DNA of 64,000 bases from the NCBI GenBank assembly GCA_052327205.1, contig CM126210.1, forward strand, positions 98,084,001 to 98,148,000, written 5' to 3'. The stretch is from Somniosus microcephalus (taxonomy: Eukaryota). The notes below the pieces were generated by a model. It worked only from the letters and a program-made list of their open reading frames with translations. It did not search any database and was not told the origin of the DNA. The position numbers and the translations under genes are program-made. This document shows positions 53,590 through 64,000 of the stretch, piece by piece (position 1 is the first letter of the stretch; every line of letters begins with the position of its first letter).

Positions 53590-53820
53590 TATTTGAAAGA
53601 ATGACTTCCATTTAGATAGTGTCTTATCACATTTCTTAGAAATGTGTCAAAGCACTTTACAAATGAATTACGGTGAAGTGCACTGACCGTTATTATGTAG
53701 GTAAATGTGGCAGCCAATCTTCACCACCAATGTCTCAAAAACAGCAATGAGTTGAAAGATAAATCAGTCTGTATTTGGGTTGAGTTGATTGAGGGAGGAA
53801 TATTGGCACTGAGAACTTTG
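53590..53820 (-). mobile_element. Degraded Deu-domain SINE
   Basis: caaagcactttaca...tgtggcagccaat...gttgattgagggaggaatattggc matches the other minus-strand copies. Confidence 0.55.
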
Positions 53821-56490
53821 AATAAATGATTACATTTATTAATATTTAGTCGTCAGTTCCTTAGCACATTTGCAATGAGGACTGATTGCAGAGTACATAC
53901 AGAAAATCGAATTCAAGTGTTGACAAGTGATAGAAGCCATCCTCCTGACTAATTTTATAACCTAATATAAAGTATCCACTGTATAGTCCTCTTAGAAGTT
54001 GCTCATTTCCTGACAGCAGTTTGTACTTTTGAGTACTCACACATTCCATTGGCACTTTCAGCAGATGAGAATGAACTGCATTCTGTTAAATTACACATTC
54101 ATTGTCATTTCCAGGCCATCTTTTTCAAGTCATGGCATAGTACCTGCATTTTCAACCTTTGACATTCATCAGAAAAGGTCAGAAACAGAGAGAGAAAGAG
54201 TGAACAAGAGAAAGAGGAAGGGAGGGAGGCACCGCTCCTTGGATCAGCATCGTGAAAAAAATCACATTGTGAGGATATATTTGAATCATTTTGTAATTTT
54301 TTTCCTCTGTAGTTCCATCAGTTGTCATCACTAAAGTACTTGTGGAGTCCTCTAATACTAATTAGATTGACATGCTTCCTTCTGTCCTTCAGAGCTCCTG
54401 TGATCTATTAGTCTGTTTAAACTTATCATGCTTATGTGGAGAAATGCCAGTGGAAATAAAAACCAGCTTCCACTAGTATGACATTGTAATGCCAAATATC
54501 CTAATGCTCCACTGTTATCTTTGTGAAACCAGTATTGTTTAGAGTCCCATTGATGTCCCCAAACTCATACGAGTGGATATAAATAATGTCATTTTTAAGT
54601 GATGTCCTCACAGTAGAAAGGTCTCGTGCCAGCTGCAGCATGACCAGCTGGCATCTTCAGACCACTTGCCATATCGCGTTGTGCCTAATTACAATATTAT
54701 AGATTTGAGATTGTATAAGAAAATGAGTTAACAAGTCTTGTTTTTAAAAGAAATGTGAGTTTAGCATCTCAAAACAACTGAGGTGCTGAAAAGTTTCAAA
54801 TATCTGGAGAGTTCTGTTGTCTTTCTTGCCCTGGCCCATCCCAGTGCAAATGGCCAGTGTAAGCAGGCCTCCGATGGAAGATTTGCTAACCAGCATCTGC
54901 AACGAATACAATGCTGTCATGGTAAGTATAATGAGAATGATGAGCTTACTGAGTGTTTCTATTATATTTTTTATAGCCTAAGAGAATCAGCTGAGGAAAC
55001 TTTGAAAAACCTCTTGCGTACATAAGTGAAGGAAAAAGCAAACATAAGTCATACATTGTAGCTGAGGTGCAAAGTTAACCATCAATGGCTGACCCAGCAT
55101 TGTTGGGTCATTCATTAAACATTGCCTGTTGGTATTCCAGTACAATTGCTGCCTTCAGATCTTTCACTGCTCTCATCTATGGTTAAATTCATGAAACATT
55201 TGTTCTTGTTGCAGTTTCTTTGGTTGGACCAAATAAAACGAAAGGTGAATCTAGAAATACTTAAGTTTCAGGAAAGAAGTGATAAGGAGAGAAAACTAGA
55301 AAAAATGTCAACCCCCGTCTAACTCGGGGCTAATCTGCTAAACATTTAACTGCTGCACAGAGTACATTCACTTCATTTAACCTAACTGAAGCTATTGCAC
55401 CACTCTGCCTTGGATTAACTTCACTGCTGCCCTCCATGTACTAAGAAATGTCGTTTGTTCTGGAGTTCTTCAAGTAGAAGAAATCACTTTATCATTTGCA
55501 GCCAATTAGGTTTTCCTGTGATCAAGAATTAACCTGTCAAAAGTTTTCTTTTTAATAAAGAAATGAACACTGAAATGAAACAGGAGGACATGGAGGAGAT
55601 TCCCCCTTGTCAGTATGAGTAATCTCTACACTGTGAGTGGCATGCTTTTGCATTGCATGAATCTTCAGCTTGCGCCAGAGCTCATTCCAACACTGAACTG
55701 TTTGTTCTGGACGCTCCATAAAATCGAGAGTGAATCTATTTAATGCTACAATTTATCTCCTGTGCTTGTCATTTCTGAAGTATAGCTGTAAAATCATTTG
55801 GATGGTTTTGGGTTACATGAGCTTGACTCTGCACATTGTATTCTTTCTCCAGTGTTGTTTTCTGGCTTCAAACCATATGTACAAGTGTTTAAAAAAGTAA
55901 AACCATTTTTATCTGGCTTTCTGTTTATTAGTGGTGGCATTGGGACAGAGAGGGAAGTAAAGCATTACAATGGAAACAGATAGATATGATTTTTTCACTG
56001 GTGGAGTTAACACAAGAAATCAGTGAAAAACATGCTAAATGCTTTGTGGATTTCATAGATATTTTGAATAAGCACGTGTTCTTACTGCTGCTCTGCAATC
56101 AATTGTTAACAAAGTAAAATGTATGTGCTTCACACCCTAATGCTGCATTTGGGATTGAGCTGCTTGGGCTGCAGTGAGCAATAGCTCGTTGTGAGGGATC
56201 TTGGAAAGGTGATATAGAAAACATTTGTTAATTGGGTGTAAAATGTCAGGCACTATTCATTAGGGGACGGTGATTCTCTACTGATTTTTTAGAGCGTTTT
56301 AATTCTCTAGCAGTTTGACTCCTATCCTGAAGTCACCTGACGCATGCTGAGTATGCTGGTCACTTTCAGTAACTTGTCAAAGTGGTCATTCTTCATGTGT
56401 GAGTGTAGATAGTGAATTTCAGCAAGCTATTCAAATTTGGACACAGCTATGCCCAATCCTGACTTCAGTACACAAAAACATACACACATT

Positions 56491-56616
56491 GGGTGAAACT
56501 TTTAACTGCAGCGGGGGCGTAAAGTCAATGAAAAGGAAAATCGGGCAGGTTGTATAATGGGCTGCTGATCTGCGACCGCCCACTTTATGCTGCTGCCGAA
56601 GTTAAAAGTTTGACCC
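56491..56616. mobile_element. Short MITE with ~35-bp TIRs
   Basis: GGGTGAAACTTTTAACT...GCGTAAAGT versus ACTTTATGC...AGTTAAAAGTTTGACCC; flanks ATT / ATA. Confidence 0.65.
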
Positions 56617-57283
56617 ATACCCACAGACTCACACAATCTCCAGCTGGGCAAGTCAGAGGAAGTCACGCTCAGTTCTATGACCAATTGTGGTCACCGAGAA
56701 ACAAGGAAGACATTCAAGCACCGAAGGCAGTTCAACAAGGCAACAAGGCTGAATACTAGCATTAGATTATGAGGAAAGGCAGAAGAAACCTAAACGTTTT
56801 AGCTTTGAAAGGATGGCGCTGAGATGTGATCTTACAGCGACAAATAAAATACTAAATAGTATACAAAAGGTAAATCCAGAATTATTTCAAATCTAACCAT
56901 GCCAGTAGGATCAGGAAACATGGCCCTGAATTCCTCAATGTCCATTGCGCCAGAAAATCAGGCCAGTCGGCAGCAGAGGGAATACTGGGTAAGTTCACTT
57001 GCACAGGGAGTGATGTAAGTTCTGGCGTATGTGCACTCTAAAAGTGCAGTGAGCAGCTTAAGCCCCAAGAAACTTCAGTGCAGCCTCTGTAAAGAGCCTT
57101 TCTGAAAGCACTTGGGAACAGAGAAGGGCGGCTTCAGAGATTCTTTACTTGGTCCCTTTGCATTCTATCCACTCAGGGCATTTCCAACCCTCTTCTGAAC
57201 TGCCTATTTTGAGAACCATGAGCATTCACAAGCCAGCTGTGTCCTTGGGGCATCAAGACAAGGCAGCATCTCGACAATAGCCT

Positions 57284-57495
57284 ATGGATTTTTCACAGGA
57301 AGACCTGCAAACCCTCCTGGAAGAAGTGGAAGCCAGGAGGCACAGACTCCTGGGTGTGCCAGGTGGCAAGTTATCCAGCAGTATCTGCCTTACTGCTTGG
57401 AGAGGGGTGGCCCTGGCACTCACTGCCAACTCTCTCACGCCAAGGACTGCACAACAATGCTGGAAGAAGTTCAACGGTTTGACCAGGGTAGGCAA
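57284..57495 (+). pseudogene. Harbinger Myb/SANT domain exon (copy C)
   Basis: FSQEDLQTLLEEVEARRHRLLG...AWRGVALALTANSLTPRTAQQCWKKFNGLTRVGK then donor AAG|GTAAGG; later acceptors ending at 57798 and 59078. Confidence 0.8.
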
Positions 57496-57966
57496 GGTAA
57501 GGCCCAAAGCACGATTTCCCTTTCTTCCTTGCTCACCGTGGGAAGCATTCACACTCTCGACCATCTTAAAGTAACACTGGTACTATCAACCTTTCACACT
57601 CATCTCTGCTTAAAGATACCTACATCTCCCTATCTCTCACTAAGGCCACGCACCTCCCCTAACACATAGCAACTGCTTTGCACAATCCGAAAACAACTTT
57701 CTCAACTCGGATATGCTCACACCCACTCCTCTCTCACCTCAGCTCTCTCATTACTCTTAAACTGCAAGGCTAACCTTTGTTGACTTATCTCGTTACAGGA
57801 GAATTTGGTGCATGGTGCCCAGCAGAGGTTTACCACCAGTGGGGGCATCCCCACCTGCAGACTCCTGACAAGGAGAAGGCCATGGAAATCTTGGGCATGT
57901 GCAGTCCCATTGCTGCATCTGATTCCAAGGTATTCCCAGAGCCAGGTGAATAACTCAACACATATA

Positions 57967-58953
57967 AGTTTAGAAATTTCCTACCTTACAGCCGACTGTC
58001 AGTGCTGTATTTCTGCAAAAAATGGCAGCCACCTTGCTTCTGCCCGCTTCCGGTGTGAGACCGCCATTTTGCTAAGGTCGCTAGCACTGCTGTTGCCAAC
58101 GTTCGCCTCTCAAATTCAAATGTGCAGATTGTGATGTCAATCAGCATGCAACGCTTGATTTGACGCCTGCCATAATGCCCTCTCCTAACCACGCATGGAA
58201 GAATGTGCATGCAGCAATACTGCAGAGATGCTGTCAGCGCTTCTTAAAGGGACACACACATCTTTCAGGTAAATTTTGATTTCAGCTTTTGGACTTTTAA
58301 AAATATTTTATTGAAGTAGTGGCTTGGTGCAATACATTTAAAAAGGGAGTGCTGCTGGATGCTTGCAAGGCTTTGGATGGTAAAGGAAGGCCTCCAAGAA
58401 GATAGAAAATGCTGGAAATATTTCAGGTCAGGCAGCATCTGTGGAGAGAGAAACAGAGTTAACATTTCAGGTTGAAATGCTACCTGACCTGCTGAGTATG
58501 TCCAGCATTTTCTGTTTTTATTTCAGATTTCCAGCATCTGCAGTATTTTGTCTCTGAGAAGGCCACTTGCTCACGGTCCTGGGGGGCACATGCAGATGAA
58601 GCAGAGGCAGCAAAGTGGACAAGCTGCTCGCAGATGGAAGAGGAAGTAGCAGAAGAGGAGGAAGCGGCAAGATTGAAGTTCCTCGTTAAGGTTTTGAGAT
58701 TGCTTTTTAAAATGACAGCCGTGCTTTAAGAAAAGGCAGCCTTGCTCCAGGGATGCTATGGCCATGCTACATTGGGCCTCCCGCTGAGTGCACAGCCTGA
58801 AGCAGCATGTTGATCACTCGGCTGCGCTGCAATCATTCAAATCAGCAGGTAGCACCAAAATAATGGCACTGCCTGCGATCTTTTTACAGGCGTGAGCAAA
58901 TCTCGCCCCATGGTGGCACCGCTGATTTTCGGGTCTTATCGAATTTCTAGGCC
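57967..58953. mobile_element. Non-autonomous Harbinger derivative nested in an intron of copy C
   Basis: Ends AGTTTAGAAATT / AATTTCTAGGCC; subterminal blocks resemble both ends of copy B (CACTTCC.GTGTGAG; GCAATCAT.CAAAT.AG.AGGT.GC; TATCGAATTT). Confidence 0.6.
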
Positions 58954-60599
58954 ACAAGCTTACCCTGGCATCCCGTGGCATACCACACATATATCAACAT
59001 GTATCCTTTTTTCCATCACTCCTTCATCCCGAGTGGTTATGTTCACTCCTTCTCACCTTCTGTTATTCTTCCCTGCAGACACACCACAGCCAAGGTGGCC
59101 TCCCACGGGAGAAAGGACTCCGAGGGAGAGGAGGTAGTGAACCAGAACCCATTGCCAAAAATGGAGCAGGAAGTGGACGTTCCAGAAGAGGAGAAGAGCA
59201 GAGAACAGGCCAGGTCACAGAACCAGCATTGTGATTCCATCCCATCTACCTCATTCTCCATGAGTCCACACCTCTCAATTGTGCCAACATCTCAGAGGCC
59301 TTTATTGCCCCCGTCTACCTCTTCCCCAATCCCCAAATGTGGGAGGTGGGTAAGGATGAATCCATTTACCAGCAGAGGCTGGAGAGAAAGCTGCCAATGA
59401 CACTCTCCCTTGAATAAAGATGTCGAATGAACATTATAATGACTCTGAGGATAATCTACCAGGATCTGCAGCAATTGGCAGGTGTAATTGTCGAGAGCAC
59501 ACCTCTCATTTGCACCAACATCTCAGAAGCCATGCCTTCCTTGCAGGTACCAATAGAGCAAGTAGCAAATGTATTGACATCTGCACCAGATCCCCAGATG
59601 AGGGACAGCCAGGAACCAGTCAGAGCCGCCACCTCCATGGAAGCAGTACTACAGCGCTGTAGGCCATGGGGGTGGACTGGAGCACAGCATGGATTGTGGC
59701 TTCCACACGGTTACTAATGGTGTGTCTCAGGGTTTCAAAGATCTCATTGCTATCATGAGATCAATCATCACACTGATCATTGGGGCCACAGGTTTAGGAG
59801 CCAGTGGATGGTGGCTACAGTCCATCTAAAGAAAGACTTGCATTTATGTAGCACCTTTCATGACCACCGTTAAGTTGGTTGAAGGATAAATATTGGCCAG
59901 GAAACTGCTTAATACTGCCATCTCTCAGGAGAGCAGCAGATTCCAGGACTCCGGCAGTCCCCCTCAAAGCACAGTTCCTGTGGATGGTGGCAGGTGAGTC
60001 TAGGTTGTCTAAGACCTCCCTCCAGAGATGCAGTCAGCAGCATCTTCCTGTCAAGAGCCAGCTGCCATGAGCTGAGGGCCACCTCAGTCCCGTGACCCTC
60101 TGTACAGCATGTGAAGCGACCTATCTCCTGAGGTCTGGTCCTCAGGTGGCACTTAGAAGCAGCTACAGATAAGGGATAGGAAGTAATGCCTAATCAAGAG
60201 GAATCAGGGTGTAAATAAAGATGCAGATGCTTGTTTCAACTGAAATATCTGTTTTTATTACTGTACATTTTGCACTGATTGTGTGATTTGTTACTCATGG
60301 ACCTTCAAGTCATTCAGTAAAGGGAGTATTTAGCTGGTGTAGACATTTATACTTATACTGATGAATATTAGCACAGTCCTGTTGGGGCATTGAGGACTGT
60401 TCAGTAGTCAAATGCTAAGGTTGGTAGTGGTTTCAAGGAAGATCACTTTTTTGACAACTGGCACAGAAGGAGGTCAGGGTGCAATATGCTGCTGTAGCCG
60501 ATCAGTGTTTCAACACCTCCTGTAAAATCTGATTTTGATGCCCCTTGTAGCACAAGTGACTGTTCATCAGGCAGCAGCAGGTCCTGGTCATCTATACTG

Positions 60600-61625
60600 A
60601 ATTGACGTTTTACCATATTAAATGTGCAAAATAAATGCAAGTTGTTGCTATTGTTGCTGAATCGATGGCCTTCCTGCATTGTACTATTGTGCAGAGTGCA
60701 GTATGGTATGACGATTGTTGTGACACTTTTGGGCGTGTACTGCAGAATTCTGCTGGAGCTGTCCAGGCACCAAAGCCTTCTCTTTAACAGTCCTATGGTC
60801 TCCTCCACCACAACTCTTGTTGCTGACTGGACTTGGTTGTATGTGCCCTCTGCCTATGTTCTTGCCGGCCTCAGTGGAGTCATGAGCCATGGCTGTAGGA
60901 GGTACTCCTAGTCTCTGAGGAGCCAGATTGGACATGGTTGTCCTCATGGAAGAGGCCAGGGAATTCTAAGTCATGCAGAATGAAAGCATCGTGGTAGCTG
61001 CCTGCACACCTGGCATTGACATGCAGCATCTTCTGGTTGGCATCACAGACAATCTGACATTTAGTGATCGGAACCCCCTTCCTGTTCACAAATGTTAGCA
61101 GATTCTCTGCTGGCACCATCAGTGCCACGTGTGTGCCATCTATGGCACTGTGTACCTTGGAGAATCCAGCAATATGGCAGAACTTCCTGGCTGTCTACCT
61201 CTGCTGCGTGGGTGTGATGCCAGAGCTGATGAACTCTGCAGCTCTGAAGAACATGCCAGTGACCTGTCAAATGGCTGCCCTGGCTGATGTTGTAATAACC
61301 TCCTGATGCAACTTGGAAGGAAGCGGTTCCAAAGAAATTCAGGTGACTGGGGGAGCAGGGGGAGCAGCTGCACCTTGTTTATATTTCTGAGACACAGTCA
61401 GAGCTGTCGATGTGTGGACCATGGTTACAGATCTAGCTGCAGCAACAAACAGAGCTCCTCCAAAGCTTCATGACTGAAGCGCAGCCTCCTGAGATAAAGC
61501 TCCTGGGAATGGTCTCGCACCCTATATCTGAGTCTATGGATGCTCCTCGATGGATTGTGCTGGTCTGGCTCACCTCTGGTACTGCCTGTTTCCCTTACAC
61601 CCTCCTGCTGCTTCTCTTCCTCCAG
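60600..61625 (-). pseudogene. Harbinger DDE transposase remnant (copy C)
   Basis: YLRRLRFSHEALEELC, AIDGTHVAL, FVNRKG, CQIVCDANQKMLHVNARCAGSYHDAFIL, VEETIGLLKRRLWCLD, CTLHN; frameshifts. Confidence 0.85.
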
Positions 61626-61657
61626 CATATAGATTATATAAAATGGGATTGTCATTG

Positions 61658-62160
61658 GGAAAGAAAGAAAGAACTTGCATTTATATAGCACCTTTGACAT
61701 CCTTAGGAAGTTCCAAAGCATTTCATAGACAATTAAGTAGTTTTGAACTGTAGTCAATGTTGTAATGTAGATAATAATGGCAGCCAATTTGTACGCAGTG
61801 AGGTCACATAAACAGTAATGAGGTTAATCATCAGATAATCTGTTTTATTATGTTGATTCAGGACAATCCCATCAGAATTTTTTTTAATGGTGTTTATTGA
61901 GGAATAATGTTGGCCAGGACACTGGAGAACTCACCTCCTTTTCTTCAAATAATACCACAGGATGTTTTACATCCACCTGAGAGGGCAAATGGGGCCTTGG
62001 TTTATCATCTGATCTGATAGTGCAGCATTCCCTCAGTACTGCACTGTTCCCTCAGTACTGCACTGAAGTGTCAGCCTGGATTATGTGATCAAGTCTTTGG
62101 AGTGGGGCTTGACCCTATGACCTTCTGACTCAGAGGTGAGAGTATTACAACTGAGCCAAA
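61658..62160 (-). mobile_element. Deu-domain SINE, near full length (minus strand)
   Basis: Reverse complement of 19148-19617, from aagaacttgcatttatatagc to ttctgactcagagg...aactgagcca. Confidence 0.8.
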
Positions 62161-63092
62161 GTTATGGGGAACTCATTGTGCAGTCCCCAGAAACTGGCTC
62201 AGTGATTCTCTTGAAATACAATGCTTTTGAAGCGTAATACAGAATATGGGGAACGGCTTCTTGAGTATAATTTCTGAGTGAATTTTTTTTAAGTCTAAAG
62301 GTAATACCAAAAGTCTCCACAAGTCACCTCAGTTCAGTAACACCCCTTTAACCAAGTACTTCTGCCTTTATGAGCAGCTCCTGATAAACTGCACCTTTTA
62401 CACAATGGTATCCTCGAGGACAGATGGGAAGATAGAAATATTGTAATTTAGGACAGGTGACGGCATCCTATCCTAATTTCATCATTTGCATGTGGCTGTC
62501 ACTGTGAGGGCAGATACTTCTTCAATATACCCTGAAACTCCATAGCGTTTATACTGGGGTGCTCCTGCAATGGAATGCCAAAGTACTTTGGCCCCATCAA
62601 AAACTCTTGGTCCCACAAAGGCATAATTGCTGACTTACATCCTCAAAAACCCAGAAATTTCCGGGCCCACATCTCTCTCTTGCTACTGTTGTATATTGCA
62701 AAGAAGTCTTTAAAGGGACTCTGCATCATTCCTAAATCTTCTCTGTAATGATCTGAGTAGGATGTCCTGCACTGCCATGTTTATGCAGTTCAATTAACTG
62801 CGTTGAACCTTTTAATGCACCAACATGTTTCAATAACCTTTGGGAATATTTCAGGTTATCGGTCAAACATTAATTTCCACTGTATTAAAGAGGGGAGAGT
62901 AACATTCATCAAAACCATTGGATAGACAATTCCTTCGTAACACTAAAAATCACATTCTTGCAAAAGAATGTCATCACCAGCATGGGAAGCTTTTCTCATT
63001 GTTTGAACATGCAGTGAAGCAGGCTGCATTGTAAAACACCATTGTATTCTGAAAATAGCATTGCTTCAGTTGTACAACATGACATAATATGT

Positions 63093-63321
63093 CCTCCCTC
63101 TCTTCCGCGGCTATGTTCGCGCCCGGGTGGCCCTGGCAATGGAGCACGCGGTGTCCGCCGGCGCGCTCGATCACTTCCGTGACCGGTGGGCGCCGCGGGG
63201 ACTGGAGTGCATAATTGGGCTGGAAAACCAAATTTTAATTTGATTCTTAAGGTTTATTTGAAGTTTTAATGGTTTATTTACAGTTTTTATTTGTCTAACT
63301 TATTTGTTTTCCAAAAAGAGG
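63093..63321 (+). mobile_element. 5'-truncated Tx1/L1-clade LINE 3' end with 14-bp TSD
   Basis: ATGACATAATATGT at 63079-63092 and 63322-63335; CpG-rich frame LFRGYVRARVALAMEHAVSAGALDHFRDRWAPRGLECIIGLENQILI* resembling a Tx1 ORF2 C-terminus; T-rich 3' UTR. Confidence 0.8.
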
Positions 63322-64000
63322 ATGACATAATATGTGACTGTTCCAGGCACTTAGCCTCCTTATTGCTAAAATGGCAACAACCTCCCTTTAAGCAAGACCT
63401 GTGCATTGCCGTTCAGTCCCACTTGATAGAGATAACAATAGAACCAAGCGAGAAACATGTGAGCTGATTAGTTCAATCAAGAACTTCACTATTGCCTGCA
63501 GGCGGGATATAATCACCACCTCAGACTTTCAAGCTCCCTTCTTGTGACTTGCTGCGCTTCTTAACTCTTTAAATGCTGATTTTTCTTAAATAACAATAAA
63601 ATTATTACTGTGTATTTTCTACAAAATCTATTTATTTGTTGATTTGAAATTCTTAACATTGGAAATTGGAAATGAGGGACTAAGTGGAACCAGAGAGAAC
63701 TTTTATGTTGATAGACTTTTTTGAATAAAATGAAAATCAAAAATGTATTGTATGTTGTGCTGGAAACTTATCCACATTCCAAGCTTCTTTGTGCCTTGGG
63801 CTGGAGCAGTTGATATATAGAAGTCTAAATATGAACTGACAACATTTTGTAGTGAAGATTTTTTATAACATCTTTGTTTCTGATTTTCAATATGCAGTGA
63901 AAAAGTGATGTTTAGGTATATACACATTTTCATATGAATGAACTATCTGAATATCCCTAAGGAAGAATGAAAGGCAATGGCATATCTTGGCATGGCATAA

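Larger units (their letters stand above)
56922..61630 (+). mobile_element. PIF/Harbinger transposon, copy C (divergent family, decayed, with nested insertions)
   Basis: Left end GGCCCTGAATT; Myb/SANT exon 57284-57495 (+) and convergent transposase (-). Right terminus not identified; the transposase is cut off by a SINE at ~61660. Confidence 0.8.

Overview
Vertebrate genomic DNA, most likely from a cartilaginous fish (inferred from the repeat content: Deu-domain SINEs, LF-SINE-like copies, CR1 with an esterase ORF1). It holds one host gene, odd-skipped related 1 (OSR1), on the minus strand at about 34.0-43.5 kb, inside a CpG-retaining, nearly transposon-free block of about 15 kb. Besides the usual 3-zinc-finger ending ([11 protein letters not shown]), the locus has an intact extra exon (34583-34792) encoding zinc fingers 4 and 5, reachable through an internal splice donor; the ORF track misses both this exon and exon 3. 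The flanks are dense with mobile DNA: three decayed two-gene PIF/Harbinger transposons (Myb/SANT gene plus DDE transposase; two form a large inverted pair), several non-autonomous and nested Harbinger-type elements with 3-bp TSDs, a long CR1 LINE plus fragments, a young Tx1-like insertion with a 14-bp TSD, a Tigger-like MITE, a probable Helitron 3' end, SINEs and a 23-bp minisatellite. I found no evidence of a wholly new biological system. The best lead is the 3- versus 5-finger OSR1 switch. All family assignments come from remembered motifs, not database searches.
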